From Candidatus Omnitrophota bacterium (GTDB lineage: Bacteria > Omnitrophota > Gorgyraeia > Zapsychrales > JANLHA01), in contig JAKLFA010000001.1 in the NCBI GenBank assembly GCA_022711395.1, positions 323,277 to 387,276 of the forward strand: a stretch of 64,000 nucleotides of DNA, read 5' to 3'. Positions 51,609 to 61,430 of the stretch are shown in pieces; position 1 is the stretch's first letter; each line of letters opens with the position of its first letter. The notes under the pieces are model-generated. The model was not told the DNA's origin. It did no database searches and saw only the letters and a program-made list of their open reading frames with translations. Both the position numbers and the translations under genes were made by a program.

Positions 51609-51823
51609 ATAATATTTTTAACAAAATTAGTTTTTACAAGGATATTTAGTAGGGCCTATATGTATTATGTTAATTTAAAAACTCAGGAAATTGATTCATC
51701 AAAATTTTAATAATTCATAATTATTATTTTTTTCTTCACGGGATGATTTTTGCCTATTTATATAAGGATGAAGGGAGCGTTGATTTGAAAAAATAATATT
51801 TTCGAAATGAAAGGTCAAATAAA

Positions 51824-52759
51824 ATGGAAAAAAAGAAATTAATAAGTATTGCAATGCCTGTTTTCAATGAAGAGAAGGGGCTAGAAAATTTTTACGCCCA
51901 GCTTAGTACGGTTATAGATAGATTGGATTATAATTTTGAAATTATTTTTGTTAATGACGGCAGTACGGATAATTCATTAAATGTTCTTGCTTCATTTTAT
52001 AAAAAAGACAAGCGGATTAAAATTTTGGATTTATCTAGGAATTTTGGGCATCAAAATGCATTAATAGCTGGAATTGATCAGGCAACAGGTGATGCCGTTA
52101 TACTTTTGGATGTTGATCTAGAGGATAACCCTAAATATATTGTATCCTTTATTGAGCATTGGAATGAGGGATATCAAGTCGTATATGCAAAGCGAGGGAA
52201 GAGAAACGTTTCATTCTTAAGAAACATTTGTTTTGGTGTTTTTCACAAAATAAATCGCATTATAAGCTCTGTTGACGTTGATGTTTCCGGTATTTTTTGT
52301 TTAATGGATCGCACTGTAGTTAAGCATATGCAGGATTTTAGTGAAAGAGAAAAGTATATCCCCGGACTTAGAAGTTGGGTTGGATTTAAGCAAATAGGAA
52401 TTATCACTGTTCGCGATGCAAGATATGATAATAATCCTCGAGTAAGCTTTAGAAATTTAGTGAAGTTGGCCTTTGATTCCTTTACATCATTTTCTTCTGT
52501 GCCGTTAAAAATTTCTATATTTTTTGGTATTTTATTTTCATTTTTTAGTTTTGTTGGGATTGGGGTAGTCATCTTTTTAAAGTTATTTTTAAAAGTAGCA
52601 ATCCTCGGGTGGGCTTCAACAGTTAGTCTTATATTGCTTATGGGGGGTATTCAGTTGATATGTATAGGGCTTCAGGGTGAATACATAGCTCGCATATTTA
52701 ATGAAGTGAAGAGGCGGCCTAACTATATAATTAAAGATAAAATAGGGGTTGATAAATAA
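51824..52759 (+). CDS. Glycosyltransferase family 2, polyprenyl-phosphate glycosyltransferase type (DPM1/ArnC/GtrB-like)
   Basis: ISIAMPVFNEEKGL, FVNDGSTDNS, DxD in ILLDVDLED, and two C-terminal TM helices. Confidence 0.88.
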   Translation: MEKKKLISIAMPVFNEEKGLENFYAQLSTVIDRLDYNFEIIFVNDGSTDNSLNVLASFYKKDKRIKILDLSRNFGHQNALIAGIDQATGDAVILLDVDLEDNPKYIVSFIEHWNEGYQVVYAKRGKRNVSFLRNICFGVFHKINRIISSVDVDVSGIFCLMDRTVVKHMQDFSEREKYIPGLRSWVGFKQIGIITVRDARYDNNPRVSFRNLVKLAFDSFTSFSSVPLKISIFFGILFSFFSFVGIGVVIFLKLFLKVAILGWASTVSLILLMGGIQLICIGLQGEYIARIFNEVKRRPNYIIKDKIGVDK

Positions 52760-53499
52760 TGGAAGAGCAGTTATTGGTTGATTTATTTGATGAAGACAAG
52801 AAGCATTGGTGGCATATAGCTAAACGAGCTCTAGTAAGGCAATTTGTTGTTGGGAGTAATTTAGATATTTTGGTTGCCGGCGTTGGAGGGGGCATGATTT
52901 GTAAAGAGTTGAAGGCGTGCGGTCATACTGTGCTTGGCATTGATATATCATCGGCTTCTTGTGAGTATGTAAGTAATAGTTTTGGAATTGAAGTTTTTAA
53001 TACAAATTTAGAAAAACCATTGCAATTCAATGATGAGTCATTTGACATTATTATTATCGCTGATGTTTTGGAACATTTGGATAATGATAAACAATTATTG
53101 CAGGAAAGCTTCCGGTGTCTTAAGCCTAATGGCAGGGTAATTATTACAGTTCCTGCTTATCAGCACATGTGGAGCAACTGGGATACGCGTGTTAGTCACA
53201 AAAGGCGGTATTTGTTAGACACTCTTAAAGGTCAAGTCCTAGAAGCTGGGTTAAGCATAAAGAAGGCATCTTATTTTCATATGCTGCTGTATCCATTCGT
53301 TTATTTTTACCGGAAAGTATTCTTTGTATCAAAGGGCAAAGGGGAAGAGAAATCTGATTTTTCAGCTTATTCAAACGGGGCATTATCTGGTTTTATTAAT
53401 TTTTATTATTTTCTAGAGAGAGAGTTATTTAAAATTATAAATTTGCCTTTTGGGCTTTCAATATTTATTGTAGGAGAAAAGAACGGCTTTAAAAATTAA
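52759..53499 (+). CDS. Class I SAM-dependent methyltransferase
   Basis: ILVAGVGGG motif I; DIIIIADVLEHL; LKPNGRVIITVP. Confidence 0.7.
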   Translation: MEEQLLVDLFDEDKKHWWHIAKRALVRQFVVGSNLDILVAGVGGGMICKELKACGHTVLGIDISSASCEYVSNSFGIEVFNTNLEKPLQFNDESFDIIIIADVLEHLDNDKQLLQESFRCLKPNGRVIITVPAYQHMWSNWDTRVSHKRRYLLDTLKGQVLEAGLSIKKASYFHMLLYPFVYFYRKVFFVSKGKGEEKSDFSAYSNGALSGFINFYYFLERELFKIINLPFGLSIFIVGEKNGFKN

Positions 53500-53518
53500 T
53501 TAAAATGGAGGGTGTTAA

Positions 53519-54616
53519 ATGATTAAAAGCGTTATTAGGTATATTAAAAGATTTCACACTCCTCTTTTTGTGACTATTATTTCTATGTATGCATTATATA
53601 TTAGGATTCAGCATTTGTATCATCATAAGCTATGGTGTGATGAATTATATTATATGAAGCCGCTTAAGGGTGATTTTTTATCTTTTTTAAAAGCTATTCC
53701 GGAGATGTCATTCTGTTCATATTTATCCGGAGATCTTTTTATATTTTATCCATTTTTTAGGATTTTTTCCGATAACAAATGGGGATTATCAATACCTTGC
53801 ATCATTGCAACCATTTTAGGATTCTACCTTTTATATCTTATATGTAGGCGATATTTTAAATCAATTTGGGGATATCTCGTTACTTTCACCATTGTTTGTT
53901 TTAATGCTACATTAATTTTTCATGCTACTGAAATAAGGGCGTATGCTTTTTTACCGACTGCAGCATTGGCAACGCTTTATGTGCTTCTGAAAATAGTAGA
54001 TTCGAATTTCGACCTGAGTACTTCAAAAAGGGTGGGAGCCATAATATTTTTTGTTTTAGTGATTTGGTTCCATGTTTATGGAATAGTGATGTTCGGTAGC
54101 TGCCTTTTATTTGTCCTGTTGACTAAATATAAAGAAAATGATTTTAAAGTTTGCCTCAAGAACGCTTTTATTTTTTCAAGTATAGTAATGTTTTTTGCTA
54201 TGCCTTTTTGGCTGTATTGTGTGCTCGGGCCGAATGTAGGTCATGCTATAGGCCATGCTAGTTTAAAATTTGATCCTTTTAGATATATTCCTGGACCTAT
54301 TATTAATCCTATTGGTTTTATAAAAGGAATATTCTGTAATTTAATTGGAAATAAGAACCTTTATTTTTTGCTTATCGGCGTATTTTTCCCTTTTTTTGTC
54401 CCGTATAAAGGCCGACGCGATCAAATATCCTTTTTAGTTTTGGTCGTGCTATTGCCAATAGGGCTTATACTTTTATCTGCTGTAATGAAGAATTATTGGT
54501 TTTTACAGAGGCAGTTTGTTTGGTCCATTCCATTGTTTGCACTGTATTTGGGATGGTCTTGGGAATCGTTAATTAATTATGTAAATAAAAATAAATGGAT
54601 AAAAAGAGATCAATAG
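53519..54616 (+). CDS. Polytopic membrane protein, GT-C-like (DE motif after first TM)
   Basis: About 10 TM helices with WCDELYY in the first loop. Very AT-rich coding sequence. Confidence 0.4.
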   Translation: MIKSVIRYIKRFHTPLFVTIISMYALYIRIQHLYHHKLWCDELYYMKPLKGDFLSFLKAIPEMSFCSYLSGDLFIFYPFFRIFSDNKWGLSIPCIIATILGFYLLYLICRRYFKSIWGYLVTFTIVCFNATLIFHATEIRAYAFLPTAALATLYVLLKIVDSNFDLSTSKRVGAIIFFVLVIWFHVYGIVMFGSCLLFVLLTKYKENDFKVCLKNAFIFSSIVMFFAMPFWLYCVLGPNVGHAIGHASLKFDPFRYIPGPIINPIGFIKGIFCNLIGNKNLYFLLIGVFFPFFVPYKGRRDQISFLVLVVLLPIGLILLSAVMKNYWFLQRQFVWSIPLFALYLGWSWESLINYVNKNKWIKRDQ

Positions 54617-54720
54617 GCATTGTTATGCCTGTTTTTAATGAGGATCAGGGCTTAGATAATTTTTATGGGTTTTGTTTTATTGGCAGGGGTTTTAAGTTTT
54701 GTAAAATTGAGAGAAGTTAA
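54609..54720 (+). pseudogene. Truncated 5' fragment of a GT2 (polyprenyl-phosphate glycosyltransferase) gene
   Basis: Translation SIGIVMPVFNEDQGLDNFYGFCF... matches ISIAMPVFNEEKGLENFYAQ of the intact GT2 at 51824. It stops after about 36 codons. Confidence 0.55.
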
Positions 54721-54839
54721 ATTTTTTAATTTTGAAGAAATACGATCTCATTATAATGTTCAAGGGAAAGTATTAACTCATCCGTTAAGGGTTAGGTTGT
54801 GACAAAAAAAATGATCAGTATTTAGTTAGGGCCGCTTAC

Positions 54840-55016
54840 ATGCTATGCGATGCATTTTTTGCATTTGTGACTATTTTTATTGCATGTTTATTGCGGTCAC
54901 AGATTATTTCATTTGATGTTACATCGCGTAGTATATTTTCTAATGGCAGCAATCCTTTTCGAATAATTTTTGCCAGCGTTCAGGTTGATAAAGGGACAGG
55001 TCTAAGTAAACAATGA
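54840..55016 (+). pseudogene. Diverged duplicated 5' fragment of the polyprenyl-phosphate sugar transferase gene
   Basis: ORF (Q)YLVRAAYMLCDAFFAFVTIFIACLLRSQIISF...NPFRIIF parallels [33 protein letters not shown]...NPFRELF, the N-terminus of the gene at 55013. It terminates at TGA 55014-55016. Confidence 0.5.
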
Positions 55017-56437
55017 TGATGAATATGCAACGATACTTGATCAGGGTGACATATATCTGTTTAGATGTAGCCGTTATTTATTGCGCGATTTTTTTGGCGT
55101 GTTTGATCCGGGTGAAAGCACTTCCATTCACTGCTTCATTAACGGGTCTATTTTTCGACCCTCACAACCCTTTCCGTGAATTATTTGCCTTTTGGGTTTT
55201 TATCATTGTCATCATTTCGTATATGTACCGGCTTTATCATACGGATCGGGGTGTGTTTGAAGGGGCTGAAGTCTGGAGGGTTTTTCAGGCTAATGTGTTG
55301 GCCACCATCGGTATCATTGTGCTGGCCTATGTGTTTAAGGTTGAGGGCCTGCCGCGGTCCATTGTCGGGATCAGTTTTGTTCTGATCATCTTATTGTGTT
55401 CGCTGTGGCGGGTTGCCAAGCGTGTTTTCGTCGAGTATCTGGTATCGCACGGGTATAACAATTTTAATGTCCTGATCATCGGCGCAGGCAAGGTCGGCCG
55501 TCTCTTGAAAGATGAGATCAAGCGCAAAAAAGCGTTGGGGCTTAAGGTCGTGGGCTTTCTAGATGATTATCCGCAGAACGTTGATGCTGCATATCGGGAC
55601 AAGGTGCTTGCGCCGGTTTCGGATTTTCGCCATGTGGTCCAGCAATATTTTGTGGATCAGGTTTTTGTGACCATTCATCATAATCCGGATATTGTCCGGC
55701 GTATTTTGGTCCAGGCCGCCAAGCTGGGGGTGGCGGTGCGCGTTGTCCCCGAAGGTTATGACCTGACGGACGGGGAGTTTCGGCAATTTAACATCGGATT
55801 GATCCCGGTGCTGGAATATTTCCCCTTCGCTTTAAAAGAACGGCAGTTGGGAAAAAGGGTCTTTGATTGTGTTGTTTCCCTTTGTGCGCTGATCGTTTTT
55901 TGCCCGTTTTTTGTGTGCCTTGCGCTGGCGATCAAGCTAGACAGCCGCGGGCCGGTCTTTTATCTTTCCGAGCGTTTCGGAAGAAGAGGAAAACGGTTTC
56001 ATATGCTCAAATTCCGGACCATGGTCGCCGGGGCCGATCAGATGCTTCGAGATCTGAAGAAGGAGAATGAGGTTGACGGTCCGATCTTTAAGATGCGCAA
56101 CGATCCGCGTCTCACCCGCATGGGCAGGTTTTTGCGCAAGTATAGTTTGGATGAATTGCCGCAATTGATCAATGTGCTTAAAGGCGAGATGAGCCTGGTG
56201 GGGCCGAGGCCTTTTCCTGTGGATCAGTTGGAGCGCGAGGACGTCCGCCAACTGCGTCGCCTGGGGGTCAGGCCTGGGATCACGGGCCTGTGGCAGATCA
56301 AGGGCCGCAGTGATATTCCATTTAACCGTTTGCTACGCTGGGACACGTGGTATATTAATCATTGGTCATTTTGGTTGGACTTAAACATTTTGTGGCAGAC
56401 TCTTCCCGCCGTAATTAAGGGGAAGGGGGCTTATTAA
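55013..56437 (+). CDS. wbaP: Polyprenyl-phosphate hexose-1-phosphate transferase (WbaP/bacterial sugar transferase family)
   Basis: N-terminal TM helices, central Rossmann-like GAGKVG, and a C-terminal Bac_transf domain (FKFRTM...[21 protein letters not shown]). Confidence 0.88.
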   Translation: MMMNMQRYLIRVTYICLDVAVIYCAIFLACLIRVKALPFTASLTGLFFDPHNPFRELFAFWVFIIVIISYMYRLYHTDRGVFEGAEVWRVFQANVLATIGIIVLAYVFKVEGLPRSIVGISFVLIILLCSLWRVAKRVFVEYLVSHGYNNFNVLIIGAGKVGRLLKDEIKRKKALGLKVVGFLDDYPQNVDAAYRDKVLAPVSDFRHVVQQYFVDQVFVTIHHNPDIVRRILVQAAKLGVAVRVVPEGYDLTDGEFRQFNIGLIPVLEYFPFALKERQLGKRVFDCVVSLCALIVFCPFFVCLALAIKLDSRGPVFYLSERFGRRGKRFHMLKFRTMVAGADQMLRDLKKENEVDGPIFKMRNDPRLTRMGRFLRKYSLDELPQLINVLKGEMSLVGPRPFPVDQLEREDVRQLRRLGVRPGITGLWQIKGRSDIPFNRLLRWDTWYINHWSFWLDLNILWQTLPAVIKGKGAY

Positions 56438-56450
56438 GGAGAGGAAGGAC

Positions 56451-57458
56451 ATGGAACAGAAAACAGCGTTTATCACCGGCATTACCGGGCAGGACGGATC
56501 ATATTTAAGTGAGCTCTTGCTCGAGAAGGGTTACAAGGTCTATGGATTGATCCGCCGGTCGAGTTCGTTCAATACGGGGCGCATCGATCATTTGTATCAG
56601 GATGTGCATATCAAGGACGCGAATCTTCGGCTTGTTTATGGGGACTTGAGCGACGCGAGTTCTCTGTCAAGATTGTTGAAGCAGATCGATCCCGACGAAA
56701 TTTACAATCTCGGCGCGCAGAGCCATGTGCGCGTGAGTTTTGATATTCCCGAATACACGGCGGAGATCACGGCGCTGGGGACAACGAGGATCCTGGAGGC
56801 GATCCGCGATTCTGGGATCAGGACAAAATTTTATCAGGCTTCAAGCTCCGAGATGTTCGGTAAAGTCGTTGAGACACCGCAGAAAGAGACCACTCCGTTC
56901 TATCCGCGCAGCCCTTACGGGGCGGCAAAAGTCTACGCCTACTGGATGACGGTCAATTACCGCGAGGCGTATAATCTGTTTGCCTGTAACGGGATTTTAT
57001 TTAACCATGAATCTCCCCGCCGCGGGGAAACATTCGTGACCCGTAAGATCACCATGGCCCTGGCGCGCATCAAACATGGAGTTCAAAAGAAGCTGTATCT
57101 TGGAAACCTGGATGCCAAACGCGACTGGGGCTTTGCCGGCGATTACGTCGAGGCGATGTGGCTGATGATGCAGCAGCAGACGCCTGACGATTATGTGATC
57201 GCCACCGGCCAGACGCGTTCGGTGCGGGAATTTTTGGAGGCGGCTTTCGGTTACGCCGGATTGAACTGGCAGGATTACGTTGAGATGGATGAGAGGTATC
57301 TTCGTCCAACGGAAGTCGATCTGCTGTTGGGGGACAGCACCAGGGCCCGGCAGAAGCTGGGGTGGAGCCCCAAGGTCTCCTTTGAAGGCCTGGTTAAAAT
57401 GATGGTGGATGCCGACACGGAGCTGGTCCGTAAACAGCTTTATGGTGAAAAAAATTAA
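56451..57458 (+). CDS. gmd: GDP-mannose 4,6-dehydratase
   Basis: [44 protein letters not shown]; [10 protein letters not shown] (YxxxK); NHESPRRG. Confidence 0.93.
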   Translation: MEQKTAFITGITGQDGSYLSELLLEKGYKVYGLIRRSSSFNTGRIDHLYQDVHIKDANLRLVYGDLSDASSLSRLLKQIDPDEIYNLGAQSHVRVSFDIPEYTAEITALGTTRILEAIRDSGIRTKFYQASSSEMFGKVVETPQKETTPFYPRSPYGAAKVYAYWMTVNYREAYNLFACNGILFNHESPRRGETFVTRKITMALARIKHGVQKKLYLGNLDAKRDWGFAGDYVEAMWLMMQQQTPDDYVIATGQTRSVREFLEAAFGYAGLNWQDYVEMDERYLRPTEVDLLLGDSTRARQKLGWSPKVSFEGLVKMMVDADTELVRKQLYGEKN

Positions 57459-57473
57459 ACATCCGGGATCAGA

Positions 57474-58829
57474 ATGAACATCAACACGGTCAAAATTTTG
57501 GGTTGGCTTGATGAGGCGGCGCGCTGGTCTTTGTATGCGCTGATGGCCGCGATCCCGTTTTCGAACGCCCTGGTCTCGATCTTTTCTGTTTTGACTATAG
57601 CGTTTTTTCTTTTTCATTGGATGCTGAAAAAAAAGTTTGGCGGTCTTTTTTCTGAAACCGGAGGCCGTGGGTTTTTACTTCTGTGGCCGGTTTTAAAATG
57701 GCTGATCGTGGCGTATGTCGTTTGGAATTTGGTGTCAGTTGTTGCAAGCATTGAGGCCGCGCAAAGCCTCAGGGCATTTTTCACGAAGATGCTGAAAAAT
57801 GTTGTGCTGCTTTCGGCGATCATCGCGCATGTGCGCCGTAAAGAACACGTGCTGGCGCTTTTAGGCGCGCTGTTGGCCGGGGCCTGTGTTGCCTGTGTTG
57901 ACGGGCTTATACAGTGGCAGACGGGAACAGACCTGTTCAGAGGCGTTAAACTTTCGGTCGAACACAGCGGAGACCGGGTCAGCGGGCCGTTCAATCATCC
58001 CAACGATCTGGGAGGGTTCTTATTGGTGGCAGGCATTCTTCTTATTGCTTTTTTGCAGGCCAAGTTTTCCTTTATCCAGTTTTTAGCCGGAAGATTTAGG
58101 AGCCAACCATCGTTTTTTTTGAAGGCCCGTTATCCGTGGATTTTGATGGGCGTGTTCTTTCTGGTCATGGCATGTTTGGGGCTGACCTTCTCGCGTTCGG
58201 CCTGGTTCGGTTTTTTTGCGGGGGCGGTTTTTTTTGGATGCGCTAATCACCGGATCAAGCTATGGTTTGTTATGGCCTTCATGATTTCCGCGTTGATCTT
58301 TGTGCCGCTTTTTCAGCAAAAGAGGAACGAGGGCAAATTTATAAATTTGCCACAGAAAGAATTTTCTTTGCGGCAGGCGGTTTCTTTTGAATATTGGAGG
58401 GAGGTTTTTGAACTGAGCAGCTCCGGCCGGGCTCAATTTTGGAAAGATGCCTGGAGGATCGCCTCGGATCATCCGCTCACGGGATCCGGGCTTAACACCT
58501 ATTCCGATGTCCTTAAAACCTATCCAGGATCGACCAAGGGCTGGTACGCGCATAACTGTTATCTGCAAATGGCGGCTGAGATCGGGTTTGTGGGGGTTTC
58601 CTTATTTATTTTGATATTTGGCTCTTTTTATGCCTATATGTTCCGCTTCATTGCTAGGTTTCAGGACCCAAAATGGAGGACCCTTTGCATAGGGATTTCT
58701 GCCGCATTGTTTGGGTTTTTGCTTCACTGCATGTTTGATACCGCTCTTTATTCGGTCCAATTGGGCCCCGTAGCCTGGATCTTAATGGCTGTGGCGATCG
58801 CTGTTGTGAGAACCGAAACCTGCTCATAA
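57474..58829 (+). CDS. O-antigen ligase/polymerase family membrane protein (Wzy_C domain)
   Basis: About 12 TM helices; loop with HPLTGSGLNTY...YAHNCYLQMAAEIGFVG. Confidence 0.72.
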   Translation: MNINTVKILGWLDEAARWSLYALMAAIPFSNALVSIFSVLTIAFFLFHWMLKKKFGGLFSETGGRGFLLLWPVLKWLIVAYVVWNLVSVVASIEAAQSLRAFFTKMLKNVVLLSAIIAHVRRKEHVLALLGALLAGACVACVDGLIQWQTGTDLFRGVKLSVEHSGDRVSGPFNHPNDLGGFLLVAGILLIAFLQAKFSFIQFLAGRFRSQPSFFLKARYPWILMGVFFLVMACLGLTFSRSAWFGFFAGAVFFGCANHRIKLWFVMAFMISALIFVPLFQQKRNEGKFINLPQKEFSLRQAVSFEYWREVFELSSSGRAQFWKDAWRIASDHPLTGSGLNTYSDVLKTYPGSTKGWYAHNCYLQMAAEIGFVGVSLFILIFGSFYAYMFRFIARFQDPKWRTLCIGISAALFGFLLHCMFDTALYSVQLGPVAWILMAVAIAVVRTETCS

Positions 58830-58847
58830 CGCCCGTTTTGAGAAGCA

Positions 58848-58875
58848 TTGACAATCCAAGGTCTTTCGATATAAT
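58848..58875 (+). promoter_or_regulatory. Consensus sigma70 promoter (TTGACA-16-TATAAT) for pgk-tpiA-secG
   Basis: TTGACA at 58848-58853 and TATAAT at 58870-58875 in the gap upstream of pgk. Confidence 0.45.
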
Positions 58876-58932
58876 ACAAAGGTTATTTTTTTAAATATTA
58901 AGTATTTTTAATATTTTACGAGAGGGACAGGT

Positions 58933-60114
58933 ATGAATAAAATAACGATCAAAGATGTGAACTATTCCGGAAAAAAGGTTATTATCCGCTGTGATTTTAA
59001 CGTGCCGCTGGATGACAATTTGAACATTACCGATGACTTAAGAATTGTTTCGGCGCTTCCCACGATCAAATATGTTTTGGGCCAGGGCGCTTCTAAAGTG
59101 ATCCTGATGAGCCATATGGGCCGTCCTAAAGGCGAAGTGATCGAAAGTGAACGGCTGACCCCGGTCGCCAAGCGACTGGAAGAGCTTTTGGGGCAGAAAG
59201 TCCTTAAGCTGGATGACTGCGTCGGGGACAAGGTCAAGGCCGCGATCGCTGCCAGCAAGGAGAAAGTGGTCGTTTTAGAGAATTTGCGTTTTCACAAAGG
59301 CGAAACAAAAAATGACCCGGCTTTTGCCAAACAGCTTGCGGAATTAGCGGACCTGTATGTTAATGACGCCTTCGGCAGCGCTCACCGCGCCCATGCCTCA
59401 ACCGAAGGGATCACGCAGTTTCTGCCGGCAGCAGCAGGATTCCTGCTGGAAAAGGAAATTGAGTTCTTGTCCAAGGCCGTTGAAAGCCCGGAAAAACCGT
59501 TTGCCGTGATCCTGGGCGGGGCCAAGGTTTCCAGCAAGATCGCTTTGATCGAGAACATTTTACCCAAAGCCGATACGGTCGTGATCGGCGGCGGGATGGC
59601 TTATACATTCTTAAAAGCGCAGGGGATCTCGATCGGCAAATCGCTTTTGGAAGAAGAGTCGATCCCGCTGGCTAAAGATATTCTTGCCAAGGCTAAAACG
59701 CTTGGGGTTGAGGTTGTTTTGCCTTGCGACTATATGGTTGCGCAGGAATTTGATAAGCCCGAAGGATGTCATGTTGTCAGTGGCAACATTCCCGATGGGT
59801 GGGAAGGAGTTGATATCGGCCCTAAGAGCCAGGAGGCCTTTAAGAAAGCGCTTGCGAAATCTAAAATGATCGTCTGGAACGGGCCCGTGGGTGTCTTTGA
59901 GGTCGATGCTTTTTCCGCGGGGACAAAAGCCCTGGCGGAATATGTGTCTAAGCTGGACGCGGTTTCGATCGTGGGCGGCGGGGATACGGCCGCGGCGGTC
60001 AAAAAATTCGGATTGGAAGAAGGCATGACGCATATTTCGACCGGTGGCGGGGCGTCGCTGGAATTGTTAGAAGGTAAAGAACTCCCCGGTGTAGCGGCGA
60101 TCAAAAATAAATAA
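58933..60114 (+). CDS. pgk: Phosphoglycerate kinase
   Basis: VIIRCDFNVPLDD, MSHMGRPKG, GGGMAYTFLKAQG. Confidence 0.95.
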   Translation: MNKITIKDVNYSGKKVIIRCDFNVPLDDNLNITDDLRIVSALPTIKYVLGQGASKVILMSHMGRPKGEVIESERLTPVAKRLEELLGQKVLKLDDCVGDKVKAAIAASKEKVVVLENLRFHKGETKNDPAFAKQLAELADLYVNDAFGSAHRAHASTEGITQFLPAAAGFLLEKEIEFLSKAVESPEKPFAVILGGAKVSSKIALIENILPKADTVVIGGGMAYTFLKAQGISIGKSLLEEESIPLAKDILAKAKTLGVEVVLPCDYMVAQEFDKPEGCHVVSGNIPDGWEGVDIGPKSQEAFKKALAKSKMIVWNGPVGVFEVDAFSAGTKALAEYVSKLDAVSIVGGGDTAAAVKKFGLEEGMTHISTGGGASLELLEGKELPGVAAIKNK

Positions 60115-60138
60115 GAGCATAAGAGAAAGGTTTTAAGA

Positions 60139-60906
60139 ATGAGAAAGTTATTTATTGCTGGAAATTGGAAACTCAACAAAACGATCCCTGAAGCCCTTGA
60201 ACTTGTCAATGGCTTAAGACGTGAAGTCGGTGACGTCGAAGAAGTTGATATCGCCGTGTGCCCTGTCGCGGTGTGTTTGGCCGAAGTGGCGGATGCGACC
60301 GGTGACTCCAACATCAAAGTCGGCGCGCAGAATATTTATTGGGAAGATACCGGCGCTTTTACCGGTGAAGTGTCAGCCCCGATCATTAAAGAGGCGGGCG
60401 CTGTGTATGTGATCCTTGGCCATTCTGAACGGCGTCAGTTTTTTGGCGACACCAATGAAACGGTCAATAAGAAGATCAAGGCGGCTTTAAAGCACGATCT
60501 TCTGCCGATCGTTTGTATCGGAGAAAGCTTGGAAGAACGTGAAGCGGGAAAGACCATTGCCGTTATTCAAAAGCAGTGTGAAGGGTCGTTCGCCGGTCTG
60601 ACCGTTGAAGAGATGGAAAAGATCACGATCGCCTATGAGCCGATCTGGGCGATCGGGACCGGCAAGACCGCGACTTCCGCTCAGGCGCAGGAAGTCCACG
60701 CTTTTATCCGCGGATGGCTTAAGAAGGCCTTCGGCGCTGATCTGGCCAATGACGTGCGCATCCAGTATGGAGGAAGCGTCAAGGCGGAAAACACGGTGGA
60801 ACTGCTTTCTCAACCGGACATTGACGGCGCGTTGGTCGGAGGGGCCAGCTTGAAGGTCGACTCGTTCGCGGGGATCATCAAGAATGCCGTGGGAATTAAA
60901 AAGTAA
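60139..60906 (+). CDS. tpiA: Triosephosphate isomerase
   Basis: IAGNWKLNK, GHSERR, AYEPIWAIGTGKTAT. Confidence 0.95.
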   Translation: MRKLFIAGNWKLNKTIPEALELVNGLRREVGDVEEVDIAVCPVAVCLAEVADATGDSNIKVGAQNIYWEDTGAFTGEVSAPIIKEAGAVYVILGHSERRQFFGDTNETVNKKIKAALKHDLLPIVCIGESLEEREAGKTIAVIQKQCEGSFAGLTVEEMEKITIAYEPIWAIGTGKTATSAQAQEVHAFIRGWLKKAFGADLANDVRIQYGGSVKAENTVELLSQPDIDGALVGGASLKVDSFAGIIKNAVGIKK

Positions 60907-60925
60907 TCATGGAAAATTGTGAGGT

Positions 60926-61390
60926 TTGATCATGTTGATGGGATTTGTGATTGTGATTCATTCGTTGGCCTGCATCGCGTTGATCTTTATTATCTTGATC
61001 CAGTCGGGCCGCGGCGGAGGGTTGACCGAAGGGTTCGCTGGAGCGGAATCGATGTTCGGGGCCAAGACCAATGAGACCATGGTGAAGATCACCACTGGTC
61101 TGACGGTCGTTTTTTTGATCACCAGTTTAGCGTTGGCTTTTATGTCCGCCCGCGCTGAGAAATCGTTGATGGAAACAGCAGGCGAAAATCCTTTTGAAGA
61201 ACTTCCGATCGCTGGTGAGACCGTGACGCTGGATATTCCTAAAAATGTTACGGCGCCGGAAACAAAACCGGTCGCTGATGCCCAGCCACCGGTCAAGGTG
61301 GAAGAGCCTCCGTTCAATGAGGACGGCACCCGCTCGATCCAAAAGAGTGAAGCGTATACGGTTAAAGAAGAACAACCGGAACAAGAATAG
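60926..61390 (+). CDS. secG: Preprotein translocase subunit SecG (with extended acidic C-terminal tail)
   Basis: LIFIILIQSGRGGGL...FGAKT motif and two TM helices; about 70 aa C-terminal extension. Confidence 0.85.
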   Translation: MIMLMGFVIVIHSLACIALIFIILIQSGRGGGLTEGFAGAESMFGAKTNETMVKITTGLTVVFLITSLALAFMSARAEKSLMETAGENPFEELPIAGETVTLDIPKNVTAPETKPVADAQPPVKVEEPPFNEDGTRSIQKSEAYTVKEEQPEQE

Positions 61391-61396
61391 ATCTTG

Positions 61397-61427
61397 AAGG
61401 CCGCCCTTTTTAAGGGCGGCCTTTTTC
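61397..61427 (+). terminator. Rho-independent terminator
   Basis: aaggccgccctt / aagggcggcctt hairpin followed by tttttcc. It ends 4 nt before the ATG of the next gene. Confidence 0.6.
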
Positions 61428-61430
61428 CTC

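Noticed and set aside
46620-55016. Searched the AT-rich glycan island and its borders for transposase, integrase, tRNA or direct repeats that would define a mobile element
   Set aside because: None was found. The island looks like a homologous-recombination-exchanged cassette rather than an IS/ICE insertion.
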